A stretch of 64,000 bases of DNA from Octopus sinensis (GCF_006345805.1 NC_043006.1:91884001-91948000); one strand, 5' to 3'; shown: positions 1-13,438, counted from the first letter of the stretch. Notes: a model not told the origin generated them from the letters alone. A program made the numbers and translations.

Positions 1-89
1 CCCCGTCACCGCAACCAATGATTCCACCATCAACACCGACGCGTTGATTTCCCCATACTGCTTTCACCACAATTTCATAAAGGAGGGGA

Positions 90-1560
90 AATGGGGGGAA
101 AAACACAAGTGCAAATGCAAACATGAACGCTAACATCGCGACCTCCACTCAAAAACTGGTAAACAACCCGACTTCACAGTTATCTACTACTACTACGAAC
201 GTCTCTGCCACAAACATCACCACGACCACCTCCACAAAAAACAATTTCGCGAAGCCATACGACCGAAAAGAAGAATCCTAAAATTTACTCACCAACAAAT
301 AAAATACAAGACACAAAGTCCTTGCTCACCAAAGAAGGCGACACAATGCATTTAAATATTCCACGGAACATCATAGAAAAAACACAAAAGAAGACCTTCA
401 TTTACAGAATACTCAACACTAAAACAAAAAGACCAGAAAGCCCACCTACAGAAAAAATTGAAAAGTGCCTCTCTTCCGTGTGAAAATTCCGAAATGATGT
501 GAATTGGGGAAGTAAATTTGCTACCGTGCAAGTTCGCTTCCATACGGAAGAACTAGAAAAAAGTTTTCAACGCTTACTCTGCTCACAGACCAGGTAACAA
601 TGGTACCTACCTTGGGCGCAGAGTAACATTGGTACCTAGCTACAATGTGCCTCCAGTAGTGGATACCCAGTGGCTGGTATCGGCCATCTGCTTCGATATA
701 GAAGAAGCAGATATTTTAGATCAAAAATTGTATGTAGTGGTGGAGGGCAGGAGGCCAAGGTGCTATTTGTGCAACAGTGAGGCACACTTTAGATATGAGT
801 GCCCAACTGCTGTCAGAAATAGGTAACAGCAAAAGCAACCACTCCCAAAACCTGGAAGAAAACCCCTGCTACCCACACCACCTTCACCCCAAAAGACAGG
901 GAAAACAGCAGACGATACAAAAACTGTTTCCCCCTCATCAACCACATCACCAAGAAGAGAATTACCTTCGACATCGCAACCAACAAGAGAAACAACATCA
1001 CCACCAACATCAAGCACAGACCAACACCAACACCAGCACCAAAAACAACAGCCAAGAAAACAAATAACAATGACGAAAAGACAAATTCTGCCCCTAATAC
1101 CCCAACAACACAAACACCACACAAAACAATAACACCTTCTACAAACACACATATAGATCCAAACGCTTTGCCTTTACCCCCTTCCGATTCGACAGAGTGG
1201 CAAATAGCTACCGGGGGTAAAAGAAAAAGATTAAAAAAAAACAAACAAGAAAATTCAACCAAAGCAGAGAGATATCTGAACCCTGAAAGCTCGTCACACA
1301 ACCAAACCAGCACCAACACCACAAAAACACACACAATGCTATCAGCGATAGACACCAAAGACTCAAAACTAATGGAGTACATCACAGCCTACACAAACAT
1401 CTGTGAAGATGACTTAAAAACTAACAACCATCCACGCACTACACCACCCAAACACATCAAAATACTCCACATCACACAGACACAACACCACACACTCAAA
1501 GCCCTCTTTCCAAATGCGTTTGGGGGCTTTCAAAAGTATCTTTCAAAAGAAACTCTATAA
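90..1560 (+). pseudogene. LINE ORF1 (gag-like) remnant
   Basis: CX2CX4HX4C knuckle CYLCNSEAHFRYEC at 761-802 followed by a T/N/K-rich low-complexity tail; frameshifted; lies directly upstream of ORF2. Start is approximate. Confidence 0.75.
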
Positions 1561-1671
1561 AAACCTCCTCCCAGACACATCAAAGGACGAGGAAGCCAAA
1601 TCATTCGACACAGGTAAGTAACTCTCTGTACCTTCCTTTTTGTGTTTTAAAGCACACACCTCTATAGGATC

Positions 1672-4600
1672 ATGGTCAAGATTGGTTGTGTGAATGCACG
1701 TGGCTTGGGGTCTGCTTGGAAACAAGGGTACCTCCTAAATGACATCAAGTCACACGATTTGGGAATCATAGCCATAAGTGAGATCAGACTCCACGAGCCA
1801 TGGGCCCTAAAGTCCATGTTTGGCGGACAGTTTAACATTTATTTTTCTCCCAGTCTGCCGAGGATGGGCGGTAGTGGCACCGCGGTACTTTTTCACAAGA
1901 CCCTGGATCTCGAAGTCAAGACGATATTCGTAGACCCGGAGGGTAGACTGGTCGACGGCAGCAATGAGTGCGCTTTTCGACTCGTATCAGTCTACGCACC
2001 GCCATGAACGTGTCGGCCGGATTTCTTTCGACGTCTAGAAGTATTCCTGGGAACATCTCGTCCTTTACTTTTAGTGGGGCATTGGAATGCTACCTTGGAC
2101 ACGCATCTAGACTCTGTGGGGAGAGACAAAACCAGAAGAGGATGCAAAATACACAGAGATCACACGGATCACAAATTCGTAACGTGTACGCTAGACTTAG
2201 ATAAGGCACATAGACAGGGTCCCGGTTACTGGAAACTAAACGCATCTTTCTCGTCCAGACAGGTTTTTAGAGACAGAATCAGCACGTTAGTAAAGAGGGC
2301 TTTAACGGGAGCCATCGTCAACAACAAATGGTAGTTCGCACTCAAGAGAGCAGTAAAAGCGGAAGCAATTAGATATAGCAAGGCATTAGCCGTAGATAGA
2401 AATAGAGTAGAGAGTGAGTTAGTTAAGAAGTTAGAAGAGGCAATAAGAAGCGGCATCACATCCGACGTTTTAGCAGCGTTGTTGGCCCTCGACCAACACT
2501 TCAACGCCAAACACGAAGGGTGTGCTGTCAGGGCTAGGATGCGTGCTCTAAGGATGGAGGTGTTGGAGCCGCGAGGGAGGCCCGGGTGGCGGAGGCGCAG
2601 CAGGGCAACAAAGCCACCAATCGGTCTCTGGTAGACGAACAAGGGCGCGAATTGCTCGAGCCCAGCAAGATGTGCGAGGCATTTCAGCGGCACTTTGCCC
2701 GACTAAATGGGACGAGTGGCGAGCGTGAACGCAGGGTGGACTTCAGTGCCTACCTGCACAGCCTGCCACGACTCTCGGCAAGAGAGACAAAGTGCTGCGA
2801 AGGTGCCATCACGGCGGCGGATGTGCGGGACGCAATGGCAGAATGCTCGAGAGATAAATCGCCGGGTTTGGATGGTCTGCCCTACGAGTTTTACAATTGT
2901 ATGCCAGACTTGTTTGGAGACGTCTTGGCAGCGGTATACTGCAACTGGCAGCAAAACGGGAGTATACCTGGTTTTGTGAGTCGAGGAACCGTAACGCTGC
3001 TGAAGAAAGATCCAAACAAAGGGGTCATTGTAGATAACTTTAGGCCAATCACTGTTCAATGCAGACCTGAAAATTTTGACCAAGGTGTTAGCCAAGAGGT
3101 TGGCGCTTGTCATCGAGAAACTGGTCGACAAGGTGTAAACGTGTGCCGTGCCGAGCCGGAGCATCCATGACAACCTCCATCTGATGCGCTACATCATAGA
3201 CAGAGTAGTTAAGGAACCTGGTATGGGTGGGGCCCTGATCAATTTGGATTAATCGAAAGCTTTCGATAGGGTAGACCATCGATACTTGGAGGCAGTCCTG
3301 AGAGCGGCTGGTTTCGGTCCTGTCTTCCGCGGCTAGATAGCTGCCTTGTACAGAGGTATCCGTTTAGTCCGTCAGGGATGCCCCCTCTCGTCGCTTCTAT
3401 ACGTATTGACTCTCGAGCCACTACTGCGGAAGCTGGCGACTCTGTGGGGCATCCCGCGAGAATTGGGATGCGGGACGAGCGTGTCTGCATATGCGGACGA
3501 CGTCACCGTCATAGTGTCAAGCCACGAGTACATCGAGGTGGTCGGCGAGACACTGAAAGACTATGAAGCGGTGTCAGGAGCGAAAATCAACCGGGAAAAG
3601 TCAGTGGGCTTGCGACTAGGCACCTGGAGAAGCAAGCCCATGCCGTCCACCAGCACCTCCGTCGTGGGACGCTGGACGGACGGCCCGGTCGAGTTGCTCG
3701 GAATCTGGTTCGGTCCGGACCTCCAAATGGAGAAGAACTGGAACGAGATAACGAGTAGGGTGGTCACTCTCGCCCGGCAATGGGCCGAGAGGAAACTGTC
3801 CCTAAAAGGTCGTGCAGAGGTGGCGAACACGTACATCGCGTCCATCATCTACTACCGCCTGACCGTCGTACCTTGTCCCGACCCTACCATCACCAAACTA
3901 GAACGCATTCTCTCCCGCTTCTTGTGGAAAGGATCCGTCCCGATGGTCAGGCGATCCATTTGCTGTCATCACCCGTTAAAAAGAGGGTTGTGCATGCCGT
4001 GGTTGATGATGCGCAGACACGCGCTGAGACTGTGAGCTCTCAAGCTCTATGTAGACGACGGTGAACAGGTGTGGTTGCCGTTTGTGAGGCACGCTTTCCC
4101 GCAGTTCGTCTCCATGACAGAACTGCAGTCGTGGATAAAAAAGAAGCTGAGGAAGGGCGAATGGCACCGCGAGTGTCGCGTTGCTGTCAAGCAACTATGC
4201 CGTCCCGGGTCGACCTTGAGTGACTTCAACACAACCAAAGCATTCTATAGGGGATTAGTGGAGGGGAGGTACGACGACGATCTTGGGGCGAACCTGGGCG
4301 TCGACGAGGAATACCTGACCCGCCTGTTTGAGACGACCTTCGGGTCGGGACCTATGGACAACTTTCAGCGATCCCTGGCCTGGCTGTGCTACCGAGAAGC
4401 GATACCCGTTCGGGATAAGCTCTACAGACACGGCTCGAGAAACACGGGGCCGACCTGCCCGAGATGCGGTCAGAGCGACGAAACCGTTCTGCACGTACTC
4501 GTGCAGTGTCCAACAATCTCCGACCTATGGGCTTATGTCGAACGACTGCTGTCACGTGTGGGACGTGTCGGTTTATCAGCCGAGTCTGTCGTTAATATTG

Positions 4601-4875
4601 TCACGCCTCCTTCCTTCAAACGGAAAGGAAGAGCTATTTTTATCATACTTGTGGCTATGGTGAAAGAATGTATCTCATAGACGCGTCTGAAAGGATTGGA
4701 GACAAACACTTTCCTCTCTGGTAAATCTCTCATCAACTTCTTCAAGTATCACTTGAAAAGGAAAGTGAGAGTAGAGAGGCAAGTTTTGTCTAGTGAATGT
4801 TTTAAAAAAAGATGGGTGAATGTAGCAAGGATGGCACGTATGAATGACGAAGCCACCTTGACTATGATCCTATGA
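1672..4875 (+). pseudogene. LINE ORF2 (APE endonuclease + reverse transcriptase + CCHC finger), disrupted
   Basis: MVKIGCVNARGL...IAISE (EN), GHWNATLD, TDHKFV, WKLNAS, KSPGLDGLPYEFY, NFRPIT, LINLD*SKAFDRVDH, VRQGCPLS, AYADDV, CPRCGQSDETVLHVLVQC. Confidence 0.92.
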
Positions 4876-5075
4876 ACCGTAAAAATTAATACAGAGAGTT
4901 GCTTATTAGTAAAAAAAATATATATATATATATAACATATGACTTTATTGACCGAGGTTACCGTGGTCTTTTCCGTAGGCTTTAATTTCCACGGAAACCA
5001 AGGTACTACTGTATATACAAATACATACCTATATATGCGTATATAGAAATGCATATATATATATATATATATATA

Positions 5076-5369
5076 TCACGTGTTCACGTGACCGACCAGG
5101 CTATCAGATGTTGCTTCACATCGTTGGTCACAATGCGCTTCGCATTGTTTTACCCTTCAAATGATGCCACCCCGCTGGCTAAGCGAGCAAGCCAAAAGAA
5201 GAAAGAGTGAGAGAAAGTTGTGGCAAAAGAGTACAGCAGGGATCCCCACCACCCCCTGCCGGAGCCTCGTGGAGCTTTAGGTGTTTTCACTCAATAAACA
5301 CACTCAACGCCCGGTCTTGGAATCGAAACCGCGAGTCCGCTTCCCTAACCACTGGGCCATTGCGCCTCC
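5076..5369 (-). mobile_element. tRNA-derived SINE
   Basis: Minus strand starts GGAGGCGCAATGGCCCAGTGGTTAGG (A-box-like) ... GGTTTCGATTCC (B-box-like); about 295 bp; ends in (AT)n. Confidence 0.75.
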
Positions 5370-5396
5370 ACATACACACACAGACGCACAGACACA

Positions 5397-5448
<52 letters not shown>

Positions 5449-5684
5449 CACACACACGCACACACATTTATATATATAGAAAAATTCCAAGCCCTGCGCC
5501 ACCAACGCCCAACACTAACTATAAAACTTACAGAGTACACTGGACCACAGGGGATTACAATCCTAGAGCCTAAATCAGTGCGGGGCCTGAGTATCGACAT
5601 GATGATACCTCTTTCCAAGTGCACATTACGAGGATGGCGACAAAGTGAAGACAGCTGGCTGAATATATATATATATATAATCGC

Positions 5685-5870
5685 CATGATAGATCGCTAG
5701 CCACTACACATTCTTTATTTTTCTCCTTGTTTCGTTCTGTGTTCCTTCCTGTAGAAGAACGTAGGCTCGAAACGTTAAAGACTTTTTCAATTCCCGTGCA
5801 TTATACTAATACATCTGTTTGTTTTCTACACCACCTGTCTTCGTCTTTTGTTTTTTTCGTGAATTCTCTT
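5685..5870 (+). mobile_element. Short PLE-type terminal repeat with degenerate HHR motif; same family as 23846-24030
   Basis: Shared blocks AGATCGCTAGC...GGCTCGAAACGT..AAGACTTTTTCA...CTAATACATC...GTCTTCGTCT at both loci. Confidence 0.7.
5744..5780 (+). ncRNA. Degenerate minimal type-I hammerhead-like motif (core CUGUAGA)
   Basis: CTGTAGA-A-GAAC-gtag-GCTC-GAAAC-GTT-AAAG; stem II has a mismatch; palindromic stem III AACGTT. Confidence 0.45.
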
Positions 5871-7073
5871 TCGTCACATATTCTGTGACCTCTTCAACTA
5901 CTGTCTGTCCCATGTGCCTCCTGCCAATCCCATTTTGTCTTTCTGTGGTATGACATATTTCACCACACTATTTTAATTCATGAATCTTACAAAACAATTA
6001 CATGAACGTGTCGCTACCGAAACGGTAATTTTTTTACGCACTATGTTGTTGTTGTGTTTTTGTCTCATTTGGTCTAAAGTCGTATGACAACCACCGTTAT
6101 ATATGTTCTGTTTATTCATTACTGTTTTCAATTTCGTTTTCGTCTCTTGTATTCACATCCGTCTTGTGCGTTCACATTCCTGTCTTCTACCAAGAAATCT
6201 AATGCTTACAGCTTAGTTTTTTTCTGGGGCTGGCCGAGTTGGAGCAAATATCAGAATTGAAAGCCGAAATTTGCTATGATGATTCGGTGTCTGACTGAAG
6301 ATTGAAGGCTTCGAATGATTGTCTGTGTTCCGTGTTCGTCCCTTCCTGTATTTCACGTTCATTATATATAAAAACATTCATTCTTATATTATTGCGGCGT
6401 TACGTGCACCCCCCCGTTTGTTTGTCCAATTTTAAACCCTGCACGACTTCTATACACACTGTCTTTTACTACCCGCCATTGCTTCTTCACCAAACTTTTT
6501 GGCGCCCTCCGATTCTTCCCCTCTCTTCCTCCCATCCTCCTCCCATCCTCCTTAATCCTTCTTTCTCCTTTTCTCTTGGTCACTGATTCTGTCCCTGCCT
6601 TCTTTGATTCCTCTCTCTCTGTCTCTCTTTCTCTCTCTCCTGCGACCTGCTGCTTCTTAAATTCTGTTGGCCTTCGTATCTCGACCAACATGTGTCCCCG
6701 CTACCGAACGGTAATTATTTCTACGCCAGCTATGTTGTTGTTGTGTTTTTGTCTCATTGTCTAAAGTCGTATGACAACCACCGTTATATATGTTCTGTTT
6801 ATCATTACTGTTTTCAATTTCGTTTTCGTCTCTTGTATTCCATCCGTCTTGTGCGTTCACATTCCTGTCTTCTACCAAGAAATCTAATGCTTACAGCTTA
6901 GTTTTTTTCTTGGGGCTGGCCGATTGGAGCAAATATCAGAATTGAACAGCCGAAATTTGCTATGATGATTCGGTGTCTGACTGAAGATTGAAGGCTTCGA
7001 ATGATTTTTCTGTGTTCCGTGTTCGTCCCTTCCTGTATTCACGTTCATTATATAAAAACATTCATTCTTATAT
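5870..7073 (+). mobile_element. Probable PLE pseudo-LTR region with an approx. 375-bp direct duplication (6012-6388 and 6699-7073)
   Basis: Two near-identical copies from CGCTACCGAA(A)CGGTAAT to ACATTCATTCTTATAT; VCPMCL remnant near 5900 resembles the PLE C-terminal CxxCL motif. Confidence 0.55.
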
Positions 7074-8099
7074 ATATATATATATAAATATATATACATA
7101 CATCCGTCTGTAAGTGTATAAATGTTTATGTGTAAATATGAAAAATATAAACTAAAATTTATTCATAGTATCTAATATAAGAAATATTATTATCATATAT
7201 CATAAATCCATATTAAATGGAGAAGTAGGCCCTCTGGCAATATATAAAAGAAGAAAGAACTTAACAATTTGGACGAAAAACAAATAATATAAATCTATAA
7301 ACAATTACCAGTCCGACAAGTGTAAAAGAAATAGAAGAATCGTACAAAGAAATTCCCCTCCGTTCCCATTTGCACATCGTCACACATAGATCGATGGAGA
7401 AATCGATAATTTGAAAGAGCTGCATATCAAAGTTTTGCCTGACGCAGCAGTTTCCTGTCCAATACATCGACAGAATGGCATTATCAAATTAACATGTGAT
7501 AAATTCATCAAATAATTAGATAAGCAAAGAACAAAGGAATGGAAAATTAACCAGAATGGAAAATATTAAATTATAACATTGAGAAAAATATTTAAAAAAC
7601 GGGAGAAAGCAAAACAAAACAGCCCTAACCACCGAATGGCCGATGGAAGTTGCAGTCTAATGCTCTTCAATATAGGAGGAGCAAACGATTGACCGCGTGG
7701 TCGATACACAACGAAAAAGTTTTGACACTTTACGTTGGTCATGCGCAAATTACCGCCCATCCGGAATTCTGAATGCACGTCTAACGAAATTACTTTGAAA
7801 TCTTTTTAGTCGTGCGGCCTGCCTGAAGATCAGCTATGTCCCAAGCGACCCGCTTCTTGAAAAAAAGTTTGCCAATGCCTGCTTTTTATTATTAGAACCG
7901 TAACTAGACTGTGGCATCGTGGAAACGTCTCGGGGGAGAAATGCGCTGCGCCAAATTTGCGACTACTAAAATCTCGCTATTTTCACGTCTTGCCTTCCGA
8001 GATGACGTCGGAGAAGCAATATATTTTAGTTATTTAAAAGTGAAACTTTATAACTATAAAATAATTTATAGCGACAGAAGCAGTATTAATAGCAAAAGG

Positions 8100-8640
8100 T
8101 AATAGTTATGACCACTTAAAAGTGAGTGTTGTGTTAGAAGACAGGATACTGAGAAAGTGAACCTCTAATATAGACTTTTGATGCATATAAGCACTCTTGT
8201 TTATATCGCCAGCGGGGGATAAATCAACTGTCATTACCAGCGCTGGGACAGCCGGATCAAGTCATTTCGGCCTTGCTTGTACTAGTGGAGGCTCGAAATA
8301 GCAGCGATCTCTCCGCTAGCGCTCTGCATAGAATCACAGCGTCTAATCCGGAACTGGTGTCGCAGAGAGACTGTGGGGTTACTATAAAGTAGTAAATAGC
8401 AACATAATCAGTATTAATGCGAGTAAGTAATATTTAATCCCATTGAGAATTGAATATTGTGTTATAACAGTTACCGCGAGAAAACGTCTCGTATGGACTT
8501 TTGGTGCACTCTGCTATTGCTATCCTTCGGGCGCCTACCATTAACAAAGTGATCTTCTGGAAGTTCTGACGACGGCGATGCTGGTTGATTCATCTCTCGC
8601 TATCGATATAAAGAATACCATTTATAGTAGTAATATTACA
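8100..8640 (+). mobile_element. Possible PLE 3' end relic
   Basis: Weak similarity to the GIY-YIG C-terminus (EDRILRK ... RGINQ) followed by a non-coding trailer containing CTGACGA; highly decayed. Confidence 0.3.
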
Positions 8641-8849
8641 GTAATATATTGTTATCGATGTAAGCCATCTGCAGTTCTTAAGACAAAGTCTCAAATAGTG
8701 TAGACCTGGAACTTCAGTTTGTATGGATAATGTTCTTCTTGGAGATAAGCCATTAACGGTTATACACTCAGGTATCCGTAGAAGCACTCGGGTTTTAACC
8801 CACTTTATATGAGATATAAGTGTCTCAGTGTGTTTGTGTATACTACACA

Positions 8850-9130
8850 TATACCTACCTACATACATACATATGTGTGAGTGCATATATATATATAGAC
8901 ATATATGCACATATATATATATGCATATATATGTATATATATGCATATATATACATATATATATACATACATATGCATATATATATATACATATATGTGC
9001 ATATATATATGTATATATTATATGTTTATATATATATATATACATGTGCTTTTATATATACACAGACATATATATATGCATATATATACATATATATATA
9101 TGCATATACATGTGCTTTTATATATACATA

Positions 9131-9171
<41 letters not shown>

Positions 9172-9218
9172 TATATATATATAAATATATATATGAGTGA
9201 GTGAGTGAGAGAGAGAGT

Positions 9219-9270
<52 letters not shown>

Positions 9271-9275
9271 AAGAA
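8850..9275. repeat. Compound (AT)n/(CATATA)n/(GA)n microsatellite
   Basis: Directly visible; source of spurious YIYI ORFs. Confidence 0.95.
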
Positions 9276-9344
9276 AGAGGCAGGTAGCCAATTAGAGTAA
9301 AAATTAACTTCCGAACTAGTCATCGATGACCGTTCGGAGCCTTT

Positions 9345-9570
9345 TGCTCAGAAACCTTTCTTCACGTGCAAGGATCATAAAACGGTTTCCAACCATAAAA
9401 CGACAATCAAATTGATCACCTCCACTAATACCGATATATGACGGATCAGCAAGCATATCTTTGATAAAAATAATACCAGATGTAAAAGAGTTCTCGCCAT
9501 TAATTCCTTGGATTTGTACAGAGGAAATGATTAAATGGTGTAAGGCAATCCGCGATAAAACATATGCAAA
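9345..9570 (+). mobile_element. Penelope-like element RT N-terminal fragment
   Basis: Across frames: FTCKDHKTVSNHKTTIKLITSTNTDI*RISKHIFDKNN ... W.CTEEMIKWCKAIRDK, matching the PLE pattern LKDHK..F.N.P..RLINP....G.ISK.ILD.IN...W.ST..VI.WF..I.DK. Confidence 0.7.
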
Positions 9571-11699
9571 TGTTTTCTAATTTGATGGTTGTGACTATTA
9601 CGCATCCCGTAAATGTTTCTCTCAAATCTAATAAAAAGAAACCCTTGATCATTCTGTGTCGTTGAACATTTCAATTTGCACAATACACACACATACAAAC
9701 ATCCGTATATAAATACCTACAGACATACTTACATGCAGAGACACATACATGCGCACATATATATTCGGTAGCTTTCAATAAACATGTTCCAGTGCCAAAC
9801 ACAAGGCTTTCTCAAACTTTTATTACGCATACAATATGCAGTCAAAATTTTCGTCTGGAAATGCTTAGAGATCTGGGATTAAAATCAAGGGAGATAAAAC
9901 GAATAAAATAATCTGATCGAATTGAATGAAAAAGAAACGAATGGATCGTATCTGGAAAAACAACCAGTGAAAGTATTGGACATGATTCAGGTTTATCGTA
10001 CGTCCTCTCTCTGCCAAACATTATCCTGGGGTTCTTTCGGTTACATTACTGACAAATATTATTGAAGCCGTGAATTCTGTGTTAAATGATTCGAAATAGC
10101 GATAAAACAGCACGAAGCTGAAATATGTACTGGGTGATATGATCGATTGAAGCACTTGACAGTTGTGCCCCAGCATGGACACAATGCAATGACTGCAACC
10201 AGTCGAAAAATTAGCAAATTATAAAATAATATACGATAGGAAAAAAAAATCATGTATGTCACAAATATATTTTCATTTCGTTAAAAGTCTCTTCAGGCAA
10301 ATTATTGGCAGTCGAAAACAACACCGCCGCCGCCACCACCACCACCACCACCACCACGAACGACGGCATCAACAACAACAACAACAACAACGATAACTCT
10401 AACAAATCATTAATTATTTCCTCCATATTGATTTTGTTTCAATGTGTTGATATTTTATTAATGTTTTGATAATCCACAAATATTTTCTTAATCTCTAATG
10501 ATTTCTTATTGGCGAACAGTTTCTACAATATTTGAATCACGCAAAATAACCTCCGTTTGTTGACGTTCAACGAATAACCGTATGACCATGTGTGAGCGTG
10601 TCTGCTTCTTTGTATATGCCTTCGTGTTTGTGTGTTCGTTAGTGTGTGCATATGGTGTGTGTGTGTGTGTGTGAGTGTGTTGTTTTCAGCACATGTTTCT
10701 TTTAGTAACACTTAACATCCCTGGTTGAAATCATCAATAAAACGTTCCATCATGTCACTTCCATAATTCTACAGGAATATTGATGTTGTGTCAAGTATGT
10801 TTTTTTGTTATATAACATCGACTGTGTTATGACACAAACGCATAACAAAGCATAAATATTTCCCCAAATTTTATACCATGTAATAGAATATCATCGATGT
10901 ACTTAAGAAACTAATACTTTCCATACAACCGTTCAGCTTCATCCGCAAATATATAATCTATTATTTTTGTTTTTACTGGTTTTAGTTATGGGACTGTAAC
11001 AAAAGCGAGGCGCCGATTGCAATGGTTAGAGTCGATCATATGGGCAGCAGTAAAAGCTGTTTCAGGTGCGGTAATTATTTGATCCGTCTCCATTTATTCT
11101 ATCCATGTCTGTGCTACGGCATTCCCGAGAAGCACACGGCTCTACGCATTCCTTTACACCAGTGTACAGAAAAGTGGGTACTAAACACAAATACAATCAG
11201 AAGCACAGATACAGCCATAGATGCACAAACACACACAATTAAAACACAAACATAAGCGTTCAAAGCGAAGAACATGAGTCAACAAAATGGTATTTAAAAG
11301 TGGAATAGAATCTGCATATTTGCAGTGCTGAGAATATTCTCCGGAATTACTCAGAGTTACTCAAATATCAAAGTCTGCGTAATACTCAAGCTGTGAACAC
11401 GTACAAGTAATACAGACTAACATAAGTTAATATATGTGTGTCTGTCGATCCCTCTCTCTATATATGTATGTATACGAACATGAATGTGCGCATATAATTT
11501 CTTCCCTACACACACACACGCACACGCACACACACACCCACATACACATATTCATTACTCAGCTTTAGCTCAAAGTTGTGGTCATGCTGAGGCGCAGCCG
11601 TTTTAATAAACTCTTATGATTGAGAGCCTCTGATATGTGGCATTTGATCAAAAAGGGAGTTTGATCTCGCTGACCTCATTTTGCGCCTCCTGTCGTGAG

Positions 11700-12080
11700 A
11701 TAGGTTCATCTGGGACTCTTGACAGAGATTGAAAGAACTGAGACTCTACTCTCTGGAGAGAAGACGTGAGAGGTATGCAGTGAAAAATAATGGAAGGTCT
11801 TGTTCCAAATTTCGGAAATGAAATCTACAACAATCTCGGAACTGGACGGTACTGCACACTACCAAAGGTCCCATCTTCTTCATCGAGGATACGAACCCAA
11901 TATTGAAATAACTTGGGATTCAAGTGACCACAATATTTTAATGCCTTACCACAGAACCTCAGGGATCTGCAAGGTGTAGACATGGAATTCTTCAAAAAAC
12001 GTCTGGAGAGCTTTTTATCTGCAATTCCGGATGAAGCGACGTCGCGGCAGGAGGCAGAAACAAGAGTGGCAACGTCCAAC
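11700..12080 (+). mobile_element. CR1-type LINE 3' fragment
   Basis: RLKELRLYSLERRRERYA ... LVPNFG ... FFKKRLESFLSAIPDE; similar to 31810-32200. Confidence 0.8.
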
Positions 12081-13009
12081 TGGTTACTTCACCTGAAGCA
12101 ATTCTGGGAAAATAAGATGTTAGCAGTATTTTAACGAATTTAAAATCAGATTCACTCGCAGAAAAAAAAACATTATAAATACATCGGATTCCAAAACTCA
12201 CCGTTACAAGCGAAAGTTCCAGCACACAACGGAAAGAGGATCAGAAAAATTGTAAACCAAATGCCTTCAGATACTCGTTCTGCTTTGGTCTTGCTTTTTC
12301 CTCTAATATAATATATATATTTCCGGACAAGAAAACGCTGTAACTTTACTTTTGAAGAATATTTTACATTAAGTATAACGTACAGCTTACTATCTTAATG
12401 TATTGCATATAAGGGATTAAAATGTATGAGTATCATAGTTAACATAGACATCTATTAAACGATTCAGCACTGTATCTTATAAAGAATATACATAAAATAT
12501 ATTCTTTGTCAAAGCGTATAATGCATTTCATAAAAAGAATTTTGTTAGCTTTGTCTCAGGAAATATTCTTGTTTCTTTTATGACAAACTTTAGGATACAG
12601 CTAAAATATACAAAACACGTCCAACAAAATAGGAATGTAATTAATAATAAATAAATGGGAATTGAAATTAAGTTTAGAATTTTTCAAAATATTCCTAAAT
12701 GAATCTAATAGGGTTAATATAATGTTAATTAGTGGTTGTCACAAGTAATATTCTGAGGAATATATTCACATTATTCCTTTGTTAACCAAATTATAGATGT
12801 CACCTTATTCTTGAACGCTTCTGTTGTCTTTTTAATGAGCTTCATTTAATTGCTTGTTGGAATATCATGAATGTAATTTGTTTATCTTTCAACATAACAA
12901 TTTGTATGTGTTTTGACGTAAACTAGGCTTGTTAATGCTGATTAACACTGAATTTACTTTTCATTATACGAAGGACATATAATAAAAATATATTTATCTT
13001 TGAATTTCA

Positions 13010-13110
13010 CTTTTCATCCGTCGAGGGTCGATAAAATGAAATAGCAGCCAATTACTGAGATCAATTGTATCGCTAAAACCCTTCCTCAAATCTATTGGCT
13101 TCGGATCTAA
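13010..13110 (+). mobile_element. SINE core fragment
   Basis: TTTCATCCGTCGAGGGTCGATAAAATGAA resembles the core of the SINE at 16460. Confidence 0.5.
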
Positions 13111-13136
13111 ATTTCAAGTCCCCCTCACCCCACATA

Positions 13137-13438
13137 TGTGTGGTAAGAAGTTTGCTTTCCAATCACAACGTTACGGGTTCAGTCCCACTGCTGAGCATCT
13201 TGGGCAAGAGTCTTCTATTGTAGCCACGTTTCGACAAAAACCTTGGGAGTGGATTTGGTAGATAGAAACTGTAAGAAATACATTATATATACATATATAT
13301 CTATGTATGCGTGTCTTTTGCCAGTGTTTTTACCCCATCACCGCTTGATAACCGGTGATGGTGTGTTTACGTCATCGTAACCTAGATGGTGCCTCAGCAT
13401 GGGTGCAGACTAATGAGTGAAACAAGTAAAATAAAAGT
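13137..13438 (+). mobile_element. tRNA-derived SINE (same family as 36140)
   Basis: GTGTGGTAAGAAGTTTGC...GGGTTCAGTCCCACTG...TTGGGCAAG...GAGTGGATTTGGTAGA...GAAACAAGTAAAA. Confidence 0.8.

Larger units (their letters stand above)
1..5010 (+). mobile_element. Near full-length, decayed Tx1/L1-clade non-LTR retrotransposon (ORF1 + EN/RT ORF2 + short 3' UTR); 5' end may lie outside the window
   Basis: ORF1 zinc knuckle followed by APE endonuclease, RT motifs and C-terminal CCHC finger in the expected order; many stops and frameshifts. The 3' boundary is approximate. Confidence 0.9.

Noticed and set aside
763-1385. Long minus-strand ORFs
   Set aside because: Antisense shadows of the A/C-rich low-complexity LINE ORF1.
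8570-8625. CTGACGA followed by a GCGA/TCGC stem
   Set aside because: No GAAA at the right spacing and no convincing stem I; too degenerate to call an HHR.
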